DNA from: an uncultured Candidatus Saccharibacteria bacterium
GTDB lineage: Bacteria; Patescibacteriota; Minisyncoccia; Sungbacterales; JACQCQ01
Direction: 5' to 3'
NCBI GenBank assembly: GCA_964494945.1
Contig: CAZBTX010000001.1
Span: 3,088 to 67,087, forward strand
Length of the DNA stretch: 64,000 nucleotides
Of this stretch, positions 53,051 through 62,816 are shown in pieces (positions within the stretch are counted from its first letter, which is position 1; each line of letters begins with the position of its first letter). The notes beneath the pieces were generated by a model. The model ran no database searches and was not told the DNA's origin. It saw nothing but the letters and a program-made list of their open reading frames with translations. A program made the translations under genes and the position numbers.

Positions 53051-53150
53051 AATATCAATTAATTTTTAATTTCTAATTACTAATTTCTAATCAAACTTAA
53101 ATATCTAATGACCAACTTAAAGATTTAAAAATTTGGGAATTAATCATTGA
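53051..53150. repeat. CTAAT-family AT-rich palindromic intergenic element between dnaK and grpE
   Basis: TTTCTAATCAAACTTAAATATCTAATGACC and an inverted GGACATT..GATTAGGAATTAGGGATTAGATATTGG partner. Confidence 0.5.
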
Positions 53151-53702
53151 TTAGGAATTAGGGATTAGATATTGGACATTTTTATAGACTTTTACCTTGG
53201 CGGGACGCAGGACACGCCCGCCGCGCATGTACCCTCTTTGCATTTCTTCCGCGATGATTCCCTGCTCGTGGTCTTTAGATTCAATTTCATCAATGGCTTC
53301 ATGCAGTTCTGGATCAAATTTAGTGCCGGCAGTTTTTAATGGTTCTACTCCCAGACGCCGCAGGATCTCCAGGCACTGCGACTGGATTAAGTAAAATCCT
53401 TTTCCCGCTTCGTTGGATAGATGTTTTTTATGCTCTTCTCCCAGGGCTAGGTCAAAACTGTCCAAGACCGAAAGAAATTCCAGAATTAATTCGTCTTCCA
53501 GCCGGTCCTTCCAGATTCGTAACCGTTTTTCATCATCTTTTCTGGAATTAATTATATCCGCCTTTGCTCTTTGCCACCCGTCCAGATACTCTTTCTTGTC
53601 ATTTTCGCAGATAGCCAATTTCTCTTTTAATTGTTTTATCTTAGCGACAGGATCGGGGTGAGCGGATTCACCATATTCTTCATTAATTTCCAAGTCATCC
53701 AT
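53151..53702 (-). CDS. grpE: Nucleotide exchange factor GrpE
   Basis: Coiled-coil N-terminus and a conserved C-terminal beta domain (RRLGVEPL...KVKVYK-like). Confidence 0.9.
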   Translation of the reverse strand: MDDLEINEEYGESAHPDPVAKIKQLKEKLAICENDKKEYLDGWQRAKADIINSRKDDEKRLRIWKDRLEDELILEFLSVLDSFDLALGEEHKKHLSNEAGKGFYLIQSQCLEILRRLGVEPLKTAGTKFDPELHEAIDEIESKDHEQGIIAEEMQRGYMRGGRVLRPAKVKVYKNVQYLIPNS

Positions 53703-53705
53703 GTT

Positions 53706-54431
53706 TTAATTCTCTTGCATTATCTCATCTAACACACTAAGAAGTGAAAGTCCTCTGTCGTAATGCATACGTTTTGAACCGACTAGGGCTATAACGCCCG
53801 TGTCTTTGCCGCGCTTCAAGGTTTTTATGATCATACTGTAGGGTCGCGCCTCGCGGATGGGATTTTCGCGGCCAATAAAAACTCGCGGCGCACTAAAATC
53901 CTCTCCTTTTATGAGAATTCGCATATCCCTGTCAATGGAATCCATCATTGTTCCGAATTGGTTGCGAATATCGTTATCGGAAAATTCTGGGTCAGCCAGT
54001 ATTTGGCCAAATCCGCTTTTATAGAACGGCTCCATGTCTTCGGCTAAGCTGCCCCCTATAACTAAAGATTGCGTTAGACGAGCAAAGATTTCCGTGGAAA
54101 TTCTGAAGAAGTCGTCTGAGTCATCCAGATGGGCATCCAGCGCTTCGTGGAGCGAACGCAAGTCGTCCCTATTGGGTTTCATGGGGACGGCTGACTCTGC
54201 CGCGTACCAACGGTATCCATTATCAGTGGGAACGCGACCGGCGGAAGTATGCGGTTGAGAAAGGAAGCCCCGCCGCGAGAGGTCCGAAAGCTCGTTCCTA
54301 ATAGTAGCGGGGCTGTAGGGCAGGCGGTAGCGTTTTCTAAGGTCGTCAGAAGACACTGGATTCCCGGTTCTGATATATTCGGCAACGGTGGCCGAAAGCA
54401 GGTCTTTTTGGCGTTCAGTGAGAGAATTCAT
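53706..54431 (-). CDS. hrcA: Heat-inducible transcription repressor HrcA (short form)
   Basis: LTERQKDLLSATVAEYIRTGNPVSSDDL is the N-terminal winged helix. Position upstream of grpE-dnaK. Confidence 0.8.
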   Translation of the reverse strand: MNSLTERQKDLLSATVAEYIRTGNPVSSDDLRKRYRLPYSPATIRNELSDLSRRGFLSQPHTSAGRVPTDNGYRWYAAESAVPMKPNRDDLRSLHEALDAHLDDSDDFFRISTEIFARLTQSLVIGGSLAEDMEPFYKSGFGQILADPEFSDNDIRNQFGTMMDSIDRDMRILIKGEDFSAPRVFIGRENPIREARPYSMIIKTLKRGKDTGVIALVGSKRMHYDRGLSLLSVLDEIMQEN

Positions 54432-54548
54432 GCAAGAAAAAGTTTAGCATAGTTAGCAATCTGCGGTCAAGAGTGCTAATCCCTCGGTCAGTTTAGGGCT
54501 AAAATGAAGAGCCCACACGGTGAGCTGTGTGTGGCTCCCCATGTGGGC

Positions 54549-54719
54549 TTACTGCCCCGCTTGCTTCTTGCAAAGCATGTCCAGCGCTACCTGGTCCGTG
54601 ACGGGAAACCCCTCGTCATCCAGGAAACCCCGTGAGCACGCTTGTAGCGACAGTTCCTTCGCTATTGCGAGACGCAGCGGGTCAGGGCCGATGGGAGCAT
54701 TCGCCAATTTCATACCCAT
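54549..54719 (-). CDS. 56-aa hypothetical protein, second gene of a GC-rich two-gene micro-operon
   Basis: ATG after AAGAAGGAGATAT on the minus strand. A GC-hairpin plus T-run terminator follows at about 54490-54548. Confidence 0.4.
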   Translation of the reverse strand: MGMKLANAPIGPDPLRLAIAKELSLQACSRGFLDDEGFPVTDQVALDMLCKKQAGQ

Positions 54720-54732
54720 ATCTCCTTCTTAC

Positions 54733-54909
54733 TTACGAGGACGCATGACGGACCACTAGCATCAGTTGCCGGAGTTTTCGCTCCAGCTTTTGGAAATACG
54801 CTGTGCACTTCGGGCAGGAGTCAATATGGGATGTTGCAGCCGCGACATCCCTCTCCGCCACTTCTGCTTCGTCTTTCTGGAACAGCTCAAGCGCCGCAGT
54901 GCAATCCAT
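54733..54909 (-). CDS. 58-aa protein with an H-x3-C-x2-C zinc-finger (zf-HC2 anti-sigma-factor-like motif HIDSCPKC)
   Basis: ATG after TAAGGAGGTAGAGCA on the minus strand. Not in the track (under 60 aa); found by reading the minus strand. Confidence 0.4.
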   Translation of the reverse strand: MDCTAALELFQKDEAEVAERDVAAATSHIDSCPKCTAYFQKLERKLRQLMLVVRHASS

Positions 54910-55082
54910 TGCTCTACCTCCTTACTAATTTGAATACAGTATTGTAAACTATATGTCAATAGCACTAACAGGACTAAGATGTTCGCGTGAGTTTACGGTG
55001 TGTTAGTATAAAAACATATGCCCGCCTAAGTTTTTGGCCGGGCTTCGTCAGATTATTACATAAGCTAAAAATTTAGGCGGGT

Positions 55083-55994
55083 ATGGAAGTTATCAAGCAC
55101 AAAAATATTTCTTGGGTGGATATCAGGAATCCCGGCGACCGGGATTTGGAATTTTTAAAGAAAGAGTATGGCGTGCACGATGATCCCCTGCGCGAATTAG
55201 CCATAGAGACCGCCACACCCAAAATCGACCATTTTGACAATCAGCTATACGTCGTCCTACATTTTCCCGTTTTCAATTATGACAAACGCACCAGCGAAGG
55301 AAAAGAGGTTGATTTTATCGTCACCAAGGAGACTTTGGTTACGGTGCGCTACGATGAAATCGCGCCGCTGGAAGAATTAAGCCGCACCTGCGGCATCTCG
55401 CCTGGCGTTCGCGAGGAATGCTTCGGCGATACTCCCACCCACCTTCTTTTCATCATTCTCTCGCATATGTACGACTATTTGATGCGCGAATTGGGTCATA
55501 TCAAGAAAAACATTGACGAGGTTGATTCTACGCTTTTCCGAGTGAAGGAAAACCAGCTGGTGCGTAAAATTTTAGAAATTCGCAGAGACATCCTTAACTT
55601 CCGAAGAACTTTGGCTCCCCAAAAACAAATTTTGGAGTCCATGGCCGAGCGCGGCGGTGAGCTCTTGGGCCGCAGGTCGCGCGAGTCGTTTCAAGATCTT
55701 ATGGAGGCTTATAATCGCGTCTGGAGTCTTCTGGAGTACCACAAGGAAGCGATTGAGGCGATGCATGAAACCAACAATTCTCTCTTGTCTTCGCGCCAGA
55801 ACGATACCATCCAGACCCTCACCATTCTTTCCGTAACCGCGTTTTATCTTACGCTGATTGCGGCTGTATTCGCCGTAGACGCCGTTTACAAGCCCATAGT
55901 CGGCAGCCGTTACGATTTCTGGGTAATCCTGGCCTTTATGGGAGCGGCAGCGGTAATACTGCTCGGGTTTTTCAAATGGAAAAAGTGGTGGTGA
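55083..55994 (+). CDS. corA: Magnesium/cobalt transporter CorA
   Basis: C-terminal two TM helices with a GMN-type loop region. Overall CorA architecture. Confidence 0.75.
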   Translation: MEVIKHKNISWVDIRNPGDRDLEFLKKEYGVHDDPLRELAIETATPKIDHFDNQLYVVLHFPVFNYDKRTSEGKEVDFIVTKETLVTVRYDEIAPLEELSRTCGISPGVREECFGDTPTHLLFIILSHMYDYLMRELGHIKKNIDEVDSTLFRVKENQLVRKILEIRRDILNFRRTLAPQKQILESMAERGGELLGRRSRESFQDLMEAYNRVWSLLEYHKEAIEAMHETNNSLLSSRQNDTIQTLTILSVTAFYLTLIAAVFAVDAVYKPIVGSRYDFWVILAFMGAAAVILLGFFKWKKWW

Positions 55995-55998
55995 TAAT

Positions 55999-57393
55999 AT
56001 GCCAATTAGGTTTAGAAACACTCTAACCAGAAAAAAAGAAGTTTTTAAGCCACGTCACTCCAGTCGTGCGGATTTTTTTGTATGCGGGCCCACGGTTTAC
56101 GACCATTCGCATATCGGGCATGCTCGCACTTACGTTGCTTTTGACGGCATAGTTTCTTATCTTCGTCTCCGGGGATATAAGGTCAAATACGTGATGAATA
56201 TAACCGACATTGATGACAAGATCATCAATCGCGCCCGAGAGATCAACGTCGATCCGCTTCAAATGTCGCGCCGATTCACCGAAAATTTTTATGAAGACAT
56301 GCGGCGTCTGGGCGTTAAAAGCGTTTCAAACTACGCGCCGGCCAGCAAATACATTCCGCAAATAATAAAACAGATAAAGCGTCTGATAAAGCGCGGATAT
56401 GCCTATGAGTCGTATGGGTCTGTTTATTTTTCAGTGAATAAATTCAAGGGTTACGGTAAGCTTTCGCATCAGGTTATTTCTAAATTAAAAAAATTTACAC
56501 GTTTGGAAATAGACCCAGCCAAACGTGAATCACTTGATTTTGTGCTTTGGAAGGCGGCAAAACCAAATGAGCCGTCATGGCCGTCACCGTGGGGGCCGGG
56601 ACGCCCGGGCTGGCACATTGAAGATACGGCTATTTCCGAATCATTTTTCGGATCGCAATACGACATTCACGGCGGCGCCGTTGATTTGATATTTCCTCAT
56701 CACGAATCGGAGATCGCCCAGCAGGAAGCCGCTTCCGGCAAAAAACCATTTGTGAGGATTTGGCTGCACACGGGACTCTTGAACATCGGCGGCCAAAAAA
56801 TGGCAAAATCATTAAAAAACTTCATTCCCATAAAAAACATGCTGGCGCGACACTCCCCCGAGGACTTCCGTATGCTGGTGTTTCGCGCGCACTACCGTTC
56901 GCCCTTAAACTATACAGAGGAACTTTTAAAAGAAGCGCACAGATCGGTAGAGCGTCTGGGAACGACCATTAGGCGGCTTAGGTTGGTCAAAGAAAAAACA
57001 GGACGAGAATATTTTAGCCGAAAGATTAAAGATGAATTTATAAAACGTCTGGATGACGATTTTGACACGCCCCAATTTCTAGCTTACCTTTTTTCGGCTT
57101 CGCGCGGGATAAATTCGGCTATGGATAAGCGCCGATTATCCAAGACGGAGGCTCTTAGCATTATTAAAGTTCTGTGTAATATTAACAGCGTGCTTAAAAT
57201 TATGCCTCTCAAGTTGTCTAAGTTTGATACGGCTCTAACCGCGGAAATAAAAGAACTGTTCAGAAAGCGCGAAGTAGCCCGTAAAGCCAAGAATTGGCGT
57301 GAGTCCGACGCGCTCCGCGATAAAATAATAGCGCTTGGCTGGTCGGTAAAAGACACGCCGTCCGGCAGTATATTAGAAAAAGTCCAGGGCTAA
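55999..57393 (+). CDS. cysS: Cysteine--tRNA ligase
   Basis: CGPTVYDHSHIGHARTY (HIGH), KMAKSLKN (KMSKS) and the zinc-binding Cys/His pattern. Confidence 0.9.
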   Translation: MPIRFRNTLTRKKEVFKPRHSSRADFFVCGPTVYDHSHIGHARTYVAFDGIVSYLRLRGYKVKYVMNITDIDDKIINRAREINVDPLQMSRRFTENFYEDMRRLGVKSVSNYAPASKYIPQIIKQIKRLIKRGYAYESYGSVYFSVNKFKGYGKLSHQVISKLKKFTRLEIDPAKRESLDFVLWKAAKPNEPSWPSPWGPGRPGWHIEDTAISESFFGSQYDIHGGAVDLIFPHHESEIAQQEAASGKKPFVRIWLHTGLLNIGGQKMAKSLKNFIPIKNMLARHSPEDFRMLVFRAHYRSPLNYTEELLKEAHRSVERLGTTIRRLRLVKEKTGREYFSRKIKDEFIKRLDDDFDTPQFLAYLFSASRGINSAMDKRRLSKTEALSIIKVLCNINSVLKIMPLKLSKFDTALTAEIKELFRKREVARKAKNWRESDALRDKIIALGWSVKDTPSGSILEKVQG

Positions 57394-57439
57394 GTTACCT
57401 ACCTTAAATTATCATGCACAGCTTATAAACTGGCCGTCT

Positions 57440-58873
57440 TTGGCCTTAGGGTCTATTCTGTTTTATAGTCAAGAAACAAAAATGGCGTCTCAAAATCCAA
57501 AATCTATCCCCTCTCCCATATCCTCCAATATTCAGGAGGGGCGCATGCCGCCGCAATCCGTTGACGCGGAAATGTCGGTGCTGGGTTCTTTGATGCTGGA
57601 CCAGGAGGCCATTTACCGCGTTTCCGATATTCTTTCGGTGAGAGATTTTTATAAACCGGGGCATCAGGTCATTTATGAGGCGATGCTGGACCTTTTCAAA
57701 TCCCGAGAGCCGCTGGATATTGTTTCGGTCTCGTCTCGGCTCCGCGAAAAGAATGTTTTGGAGGATATCGGCGGGTCAGCTTATCTTACGAGTTTGGTGA
57801 ATCTTGTGCCTACGGCTTCGCACGTCCAGCATTACGCCAAAATCGTGCATAAAAAGCGCGTGCTGCGGGATCTCATTGACGCTTCATACCACATCGCCGA
57901 GCTTGGTTATAAGGAAGAAGAAGGCGTGGAAACATTACTGGACGAAGCCGAGCAGAGAATCTTCGCCATTTCACAGACCTCGCTTCAGCAAGAATTTTTC
58001 GCGGTCAAAGACGCGCTGGATGACGCCTGGGAGCGCATTGACAGAATTCACAAGGAGGGCTCGGCGCTTAGGGGTGTCACCACCGGATTTAATGATCTGG
58101 ATAATTTGATCGGCGGTTTGCAAAAATCGGATCTGATAATTCTCGCTTCGCGTCCGAGTTTAGGCAAAACATCCTTAGCGTTGGATATCGCAAGAAACGC
58201 CGCGTTAAAAGCCGGGGCTTCGGTGGGAATTTTCAGTTTGGAAATGTCCAGGGACCAGCTGGTTGATCGTCTGATAGCCGCCCAGTCCCATGTGGATCTA
58301 TGGAAATTGCGCACGGGGCGGCTTTCGGCCGAAGGCGATGACAATGATTTCGTAAAAATTCGCGACGCCATGGAAGAGCTTTCCCGGGTGCCTATTTTTA
58401 TTGACGACGCCGCTATGCCAACGGTGATGCAAATAAGGGCTATGGCAAGACGCTTGCAGGCGGAGCACGGCTTGAGTTTAGTGGTAGTTGATTACCTGCA
58501 GCTTATTAAAGGCGAAGGCAATTCGGATAATCGCGTGCAAGAGGTAAGCGAGATATCCCGTTCGTTGAAAGCCATGGCTAAAGAACTTAACGTGCCGGTA
58601 TTGGCACTCTCACAACTTTCCCGCGCCGTAGAGATGCGCTCCTCCGCCATTCCTAAATTATCGGACCTTCGCGAGTCAGGTTCATTGGAACAGGACGCGG
58701 ACCTTGTGGTGTTCATCTATCGCGAGGATAAAAACAAAGAAAATTCAGAACGCAAGAATATTGCCGAGCTCCGGATAGAAAAACACAGGAACGGACCCAC
58801 CGGCATAGTTGAACTTTATTTCAATCCCGAACAAACTTCCTTCCGCTCCATCACCAAGCATTATGATTACTAA
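57440..58873 (+). CDS. dnaB: Replicative DNA helicase DnaB
   Basis: N-terminal DnaB domain (VDAEMSVLGSLMLD). Walker A GSRPSLGKTSLAL and RecA-like motifs. Confidence 0.9.
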   Translation: MALGSILFYSQETKMASQNPKSIPSPISSNIQEGRMPPQSVDAEMSVLGSLMLDQEAIYRVSDILSVRDFYKPGHQVIYEAMLDLFKSREPLDIVSVSSRLREKNVLEDIGGSAYLTSLVNLVPTASHVQHYAKIVHKKRVLRDLIDASYHIAELGYKEEEGVETLLDEAEQRIFAISQTSLQQEFFAVKDALDDAWERIDRIHKEGSALRGVTTGFNDLDNLIGGLQKSDLIILASRPSLGKTSLALDIARNAALKAGASVGIFSLEMSRDQLVDRLIAAQSHVDLWKLRTGRLSAEGDDNDFVKIRDAMEELSRVPIFIDDAAMPTVMQIRAMARRLQAEHGLSLVVVDYLQLIKGEGNSDNRVQEVSEISRSLKAMAKELNVPVLALSQLSRAVEMRSSAIPKLSDLRESGSLEQDADLVVFIYREDKNKENSERKNIAELRIEKHRNGPTGIVELYFNPEQTSFRSITKHYDY

Positions 58874-58994
58874 ATTCCTAATTACTAATTTCTAATACCT
58901 AATCAATGTCCAATCTTCAATGCTTAATCTTTCTTCTTCCCGCTTTTGTCATTAGTCATTAGGATTTGATTAGAAATTAGTCATTAGAAATTAA
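58874..58994. repeat. CTAAT-family AT-rich palindromic intergenic element between dnaB and recR
   Basis: TTCTAATACCTAATCAATGTCCAAT and an inverted CATTAGTCATTAGGATTTGATTAGAAATTAG partner. Confidence 0.5.
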
Positions 58995-59636
58995 ATGTTT
59001 CGCGAGATGTATCCCAAACCTATACAGCGTCTTATAGAACTGCTATCAAAATTGCCGGGCGTTGGTCCGAGGCAGGCCGGTCGCATGGTCTTTTTTATTT
59101 TGCGCGAGTCAAACGGATACGTAACTGATCTGGCCGATGCCGTAAATAATCTTAAAAGGAATGTAGCGGCTTGCAAGGAGTGTTTTCATTTTATGGAGAA
59201 GGATGAGTCGGATCTTTGCGAGTTTTGCAGAAATCCCAAGCGAGATAAAACTTTGATCTCTGTTGTGGAGAAAGAGGCAGACTTGGCTAATATTGAAAAA
59301 ACCGGAGGATATCACGGCCTGTATCACGTCTTAGGCGGCACATTCGCGCCCTTAGACCCGGATTCCCCAAAGAAACTCCGATTGGAGGATTTTTATAGTC
59401 GGATAGAGCGCCATGCAAAAAACGGCAATACTTTAGAGGTAATAATAGCTACCAGCCAAACTACCGAGGGCGAAGCGACCGCCAGATACCTGGAACGCAT
59501 GTTAGAGCCGCTCGCTAAACGCTACCCGGCGCTTAGCGTTTCGCGCCTGGGCCGGGGCATGTCCATGGGTTCAGAGATCGAATATGCCGATGAAACAACG
59601 CTCCATGAAGCATTCAATCATCGAATAAAGCTGTAA
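58995..59636 (+). CDS. recR: Recombination protein RecR
   Basis: HhH LPGVGPRQAGRM, C4 zinc finger CKECFHF...CEFC and Toprim domain. Confidence 0.9.
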   Translation: MFREMYPKPIQRLIELLSKLPGVGPRQAGRMVFFILRESNGYVTDLADAVNNLKRNVAACKECFHFMEKDESDLCEFCRNPKRDKTLISVVEKEADLANIEKTGGYHGLYHVLGGTFAPLDPDSPKKLRLEDFYSRIERHAKNGNTLEVIIATSQTTEGEATARYLERMLEPLAKRYPALSVSRLGRGMSMGSEIEYADETTLHEAFNHRIKL

Positions 59637-59689
59637 TAGAAATTATTCAAAAACTCCGACGCATGTCGGGGTTTTTGAATGAACAGTTA

Positions 59690-60016
59690 TTAGCTCTTTC
59701 GCAGTATCTTTTTTATGAGTACCTCGGTAAAATGCTGGCGGTGCCCTTTCTTTTTGCGATATCGGGTCTTGGCGTGGTACTTAAAAACTATAACTTTTCT
59801 GTCTCTCCCCTGTTTTAGTATTTCTCCGCTAACGGTTGCCTGTGATACTAATGGTTTCCCAACCTCCGTTGTTTTGTCGTCAAAAATCATAAGTATTCTA
59901 GGGAACAAAATAGCGCCCCCTTCTTTCCCGGAGAGCTTTTCAATGTGTATCTTCTGATTTTCCTTGACGAGATATTGTTTCCCGCCGGTTTCAATTACGG
60001 CAAACATAGCGGTCAC
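59690..60016 (-). CDS. rplU: 50S ribosomal protein L21
   Basis: MFAVIETGGKQYLVKENQ is the L21 signature. Confidence 0.9.
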   Translation of the reverse strand: MTAMFAVIETGGKQYLVKENQKIHIEKLSGKEGGAILFPRILMIFDDKTTEVGKPLVSQATVSGEILKQGRDRKVIVFKYHAKTRYRKKKGHRQHFTEVLIKKILRKS

Positions 60017-60234
60017 TCGATAACTTTTTGGAAAGCGTATAAAAATCCCAGCGAGATTTTTATCCTCGCCGCGCTCCTCATCGTCCCGACTGCGTCGGGA
60101 ACCATGCCGATTCGTCGCGCGAGCGTTTCCAGAAAAGCTATCTTCACTTAGGTATTTTCTGAAGGTAGCCCTATGGGCTCTTTATTTATAAACGCCAAAG
60201 CAATGTAGCAAATCATTGAGATACTTGCAAGCGT

Positions 60235-61275
60235 CTACCGCAACTCCGCTTCTTCCGGCGCCGGGCGCTGAAGTTCCAGGGGCTCAATCCCCGCATCTTT
60301 ACTGGTAATGCGTAAAATATCTTTATCAACTTTTCCCAGTTCTTTGTAGGCGGTGTTATATGCGTTTACCGTAGTTCCGAGATTTGAACCAAGCTTTTTC
60401 ATGTAGGTCTCATAAGCATCCAGATGCCGGCGGAGGTCTTCCACGCGTTTCCTTATCTCCTTGGCCGATTCTTCAATTTGCATAGCTTTCAACCCTTGAA
60501 GCACCGTTTGCAAATAGGCAAGGAACGAGGTAGGAGAAACAATCACCACGTGTTTTTCCGCCATAGCGTACTCAATTAAGTCACGAGTGTTGCTTTTAAT
60601 AGCGCCTATCTTATTTACCAAAAGGTCGTAATAAACGGCTTCGGCTGGGATGAACATAAAAGCAAACTCCATGGTGCCCTCCGATGGTTTGACATACTTG
60701 GCGGTTTCATCAATGCGGAGCTTCAAGTCGCCTTTGAATGCTTCCTCCAGTCGCTTACGTTCCGCCTCATCTCGTGTTTCCAAAAGACGTTGGTAATTTT
60801 CCAAACTGAACTTGGAGTCAATGGGTATCACGCGGTCTTTCACGCGAATAATGTAATCAACGATACTGCCGTCTTTAAAGCGATATTGCTTTTCATAATT
60901 ATGCGGGAAGAAATTGTCCAATATCACTTCTAATGAGTATTCACCGAGCATTCCGCGTTGTTTGGGATTTTTCAGGATATCCTGGAGATTTCGTAATTGA
61001 TCGGCAAACCCAACCACTTGGCGGTTTGTTTCCTCAAGTTTCGCCAACTTTTCGGTAACTTCCCTTGTAATTTGTGCCGTGGTTCCGAATTGACTTTGGA
61101 ACATCTTAGCTGACTCACCCATTTGGGTATTTAGGGTTCTATTCATTTCAGCTATCTGATTTTGTAGAAGAACTAGCGGCTGGTCGGGTGTTTTAGATTT
61201 TTGCCCGCGCCAAATTAAAAAGCCAATGACGGCAAATCCGATAACAACAATGATTCCCAATATAATAGCGTCCAT
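60235..61275 (-). CDS. rmuC: DNA recombination protein RmuC
   Basis: N-terminal TM helix, long coiled-coil and a C-terminal RmuC domain pattern. Confidence 0.75.
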   Translation of the reverse strand: MDAIILGIIVVIGFAVIGFLIWRGQKSKTPDQPLVLLQNQIAEMNRTLNTQMGESAKMFQSQFGTTAQITREVTEKLAKLEETNRQVVGFADQLRNLQDILKNPKQRGMLGEYSLEVILDNFFPHNYEKQYRFKDGSIVDYIIRVKDRVIPIDSKFSLENYQRLLETRDEAERKRLEEAFKGDLKLRIDETAKYVKPSEGTMEFAFMFIPAEAVYYDLLVNKIGAIKSNTRDLIEYAMAEKHVVIVSPTSFLAYLQTVLQGLKAMQIEESAKEIRKRVEDLRRHLDAYETYMKKLGSNLGTTVNAYNTAYKELGKVDKDILRITSKDAGIEPLELQRPAPEEAELR

Positions 61276-61277
61276 GC

Positions 61278-62624
61278 TTATTTAACTAATTTTTCAATTT
61301 CACGCCAACGCGACTGCATCTCGTGCTCCGTATCTGCCTCAATGGTGAGGCGAAGAATTGGTTCCGTTCGCGACATTCTTATATTAAACCACCACGAAGG
61401 GTATTGCACGCTAAGGCCGTCTAATTTAGAGCTAATATGTTTTTTATGTTTTCTTTCCAGGATTTTTAGGACTCGCGCTGGATTTTTTAGGCGGATTTCA
61501 AATTGGTGGAAAGTCGAGCGCGAAACGCTTCCGACGATTTGCGACAAAGGTTTTTTAAAACTGGAAACAAGCCGCAATACCTTAAGCATAGTCAAAAGTC
61601 CGGAATCAATATTATGCATATCGCCGTGATAGATATGCGCCGATATCTCGCCGCCGAGAACCGCCTTCGCTTCTTTCATCTTGCTGCGCACATGCACTCC
61701 GCCGACCTTGCTGGTATGCAGTATGCCTCCGTGCGCGGCGATATAGGGGCCGAGAAAGCGCGACTGCGTCAATTCAAATACGAAATTGAGACCCCTACGG
61801 CCGGTGAGAGCTTCAGATGCCAGCAGGGCAAAAATTATATCGTCCCTAATTCTCTTGCCCCTCTCGTCAAAAAAAGAAACACGGTCTCCGTCGCCGTCAA
61901 AAGACATACCTATGCGGTAGTTTCCCCTTTTGCTCTCGTGCACCATTATTTTTTCCACTTCGGGAGATAAGGGGTTGGGAATATGGCCCGCAAACATCGG
62001 GTCGGGATTAAAAAACAGCGGCTTATAGAAAATTGGGTAATGGCTTAAAAGCTCCGGGAGCATGAACGAGACCGTCCCGCCGCCCGCGTCTATCAGTGCT
62101 CGTAGCGGCTCAATTTTGGGCACCAGCCGTTTCAGGGCCTTTAAATAGCGCTCCTTTTCTCGAGTCAGTAGGTTAATCCCGCCTAAATATGGCTTATGTT
62201 TGAATTTGCCGGCTAGGACAAATTTTTTGACTTGGTTCAATCCTTCTTCCGCGCCTATCTCGCCATGTTTAGCCAAAACAAATTTAAACCCGTTATACTC
62301 CGGGGGATTGTGAGAGGCCGTGATGATGACAGCCCCGTCCATGTCCGGCCGGGTTTCGACTGAAAAATAAAATTGGGGCGTTGTCGCTATACCCATATCG
62401 TGGACGTGAGCCCCGTATGATAAGACCCCTTCTATTAAATTTTGACGCAGGATATCAGAAGAGGCGCGGGTGTCTCGCGCTATCAAGAGATTGGGATGCC
62501 GGGTGCGCGATTTTTGAGACACGAATTTGGCAAAAGCGTATCCTATGCGCTTGGCCGCTTCCGGGGTTAAATCGTTGGGATAGACGCCCCTTACGTCGTA
62601 ATCGCGGAAAATGGCTGGATTCAT
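61278..62624 (-). CDS. Phosphomannomutase/phosphoglucomutase (alpha-D-phosphohexomutase family)
   Basis: Active-site TASHNPPEYNGFKF and metal-binding FDGDGDR loops. Confidence 0.85.
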   Translation of the reverse strand: MNPAIFRDYDVRGVYPNDLTPEAAKRIGYAFAKFVSQKSRTRHPNLLIARDTRASSDILRQNLIEGVLSYGAHVHDMGIATTPQFYFSVETRPDMDGAVIITASHNPPEYNGFKFVLAKHGEIGAEEGLNQVKKFVLAGKFKHKPYLGGINLLTREKERYLKALKRLVPKIEPLRALIDAGGGTVSFMLPELLSHYPIFYKPLFFNPDPMFAGHIPNPLSPEVEKIMVHESKRGNYRIGMSFDGDGDRVSFFDERGKRIRDDIIFALLASEALTGRRGLNFVFELTQSRFLGPYIAAHGGILHTSKVGGVHVRSKMKEAKAVLGGEISAHIYHGDMHNIDSGLLTMLKVLRLVSSFKKPLSQIVGSVSRSTFHQFEIRLKNPARVLKILERKHKKHISSKLDGLSVQYPSWWFNIRMSRTEPILRLTIEADTEHEMQSRWREIEKLVK

Positions 62625-62816
62625 GGTTCTAAATTTCTAATTCCCAATATCTAATTTCTAATCAAATCAAAATGCCCAATGACCAATTTGAAAATTTGAG
62701 CATTAGTCATTGATTGGTGATGGCGAATTGGACATTAGACATTTCATGGCGTTGCTGTTATTACTATTATACCAGCGTCTAGAAATTAGTAATGGCGAAC
62801 TGGAAATTTTTCTGTC
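62625..62816. repeat. CTAAT-family AT-rich palindromic intergenic element between the PGM/PMM gene and ychF
   Basis: TTTCTAATCAAATCAAAATGCCCAATGACC ... CATTAGTCATTGATTGG ... GGACATTAGACATTTC with inverted-repeat organisation. Confidence 0.5.

Noticed and set aside
54762-54965. Tracked ORF 54762-54965 on the minus strand (67 aa)
   Set aside because: Reading the minus strand shows that two shorter ORFs in other frames (54733-54909 and 54549-54719) each have a strong AGGAGG RBS. The tracked frame has none and overlaps both.
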